Below are positions 63,445 to 64,000 of a DNA stretch of 64,000 nucleotides, piece by piece; within the stretch, counting starts at the first letter, position 1; each line of letters opens with the position of its first letter. Below the pieces are notes generated by a model, which saw nothing but the letters and a program-made list of their open reading frames with translations, searched no databases and had not been told where the DNA came from. Source of the DNA: Mustelus asterias (Eukaryota); contig NW_027590119.1 of assembly GCF_964213995.1 (NCBI RefSeq), positions 558,001-622,000 on the forward strand. The letters are read 5' to 3'. The position numbers were made by a program, and so were the translations under genes.

Positions 63445-63568
63445 GTTTGCAGCGAGTTTATTGCGGAATTAAACAGAATGGGTTCAATCTGTAATTGTTT
63501 GGGTGAAGATATTTACATGTATTTCCGGTCTCTCCAGCGATTGGTTAGTTCCCAAACGAATCAACTGG

Positions 63569-63646
63569 TGACGTCCAATCATGTCCCTGATTCTCCAATT
63601 CATCCAATCAGCTCACAGACCCTTTGTTCTCCAGTTTATTACGTCA
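63569..63646 (-). promoter_or_regulatory. CRE/ATF-type elements upstream of V gene B leader
   Basis: TGACGTC 63569-63575 and TTACGTCA 63639-63646 with nearby CCAAT boxes, 125-200 nt upstream of the leader ATG; CRE sites are typical of TCR V promoters. Confidence 0.5.
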
Positions 63647-64000
63647 GAGCAGGGCCAGTGAATCAATGAAGTTGTTTTCCCCACAGCGGGACCGAAACGA
63701 GGATTCACCGCAATGTTGGCCCTTTGGCCAAGACAGCTTCTGAGGTGGTGACAATGAGGTAAATGGTTAATGTTGTCCTTGTAACAATGTCGGGAGTTCC
63801 CATTCAACAGTCTGAATATTTTGCATATCCTTTTTCACGTTATATGATATTGAAAATATCTACAACGAAGAACGAATGGTCCAAAATACCCTTTTTGATT
63901 TTGATGCCCTTGCATTTAATATCAGCGGGGTTCTTGTCAAACATTTTGGAGGGCCGAAGGGCCTGTTTCCTGTGCTGTACTGTTCTCAACAGTGGGTGGG

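Overview
This is eukaryotic, repeat-rich vertebrate DNA, almost certainly from a shark or other elasmobranch (HE1/V-SINEs, a SacSINE1-like element, many CR1 LINEs, Penelope elements); most ORF-track entries are retroelement fragments or noise. Host content: (1) an intact two-exon GPR139/GPR142-like class A GPCR gene (900-969 + 2537-3453, +, 328 aa) and a convergent paralogous pseudogene (27829-23797, -) broken by a CR1 insertion and frameshifts; (2) three decayed tRNA-Gln genes at ~18.0-18.85 kb beside a CpG-rich promoter-like segment; (3) a ~13.6-kb tandem array of 11 units (~44.18-57.76 kb) carrying 14 tRNA-Val(AAC/CAC) genes/pseudogenes, with higher-order structure and tRNA-SINE fusions; (4) two T-cell receptor alpha/delta-type V pseudogenes (leader, V exon, 23-bp-spacer RSS; - strand) at 59.3-63.4 kb. 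The most interesting signal: both GPCR paralogs share a positionally conserved promoter (homeodomain site, 2 nt, O/E(EBF) site, TATA), intact in the intact gene and decayed in the pseudogene, plus a shared upstream ~55-60-bp repeated motif. Adjacent homeodomain and O/E sites are the olfactory-receptor promoter signature, so shark GPR139-like receptors may form an unrecognised chemosensory (amino-acid) receptor family. That functional reading is a hypothesis. All calls were made by eye, without searches.
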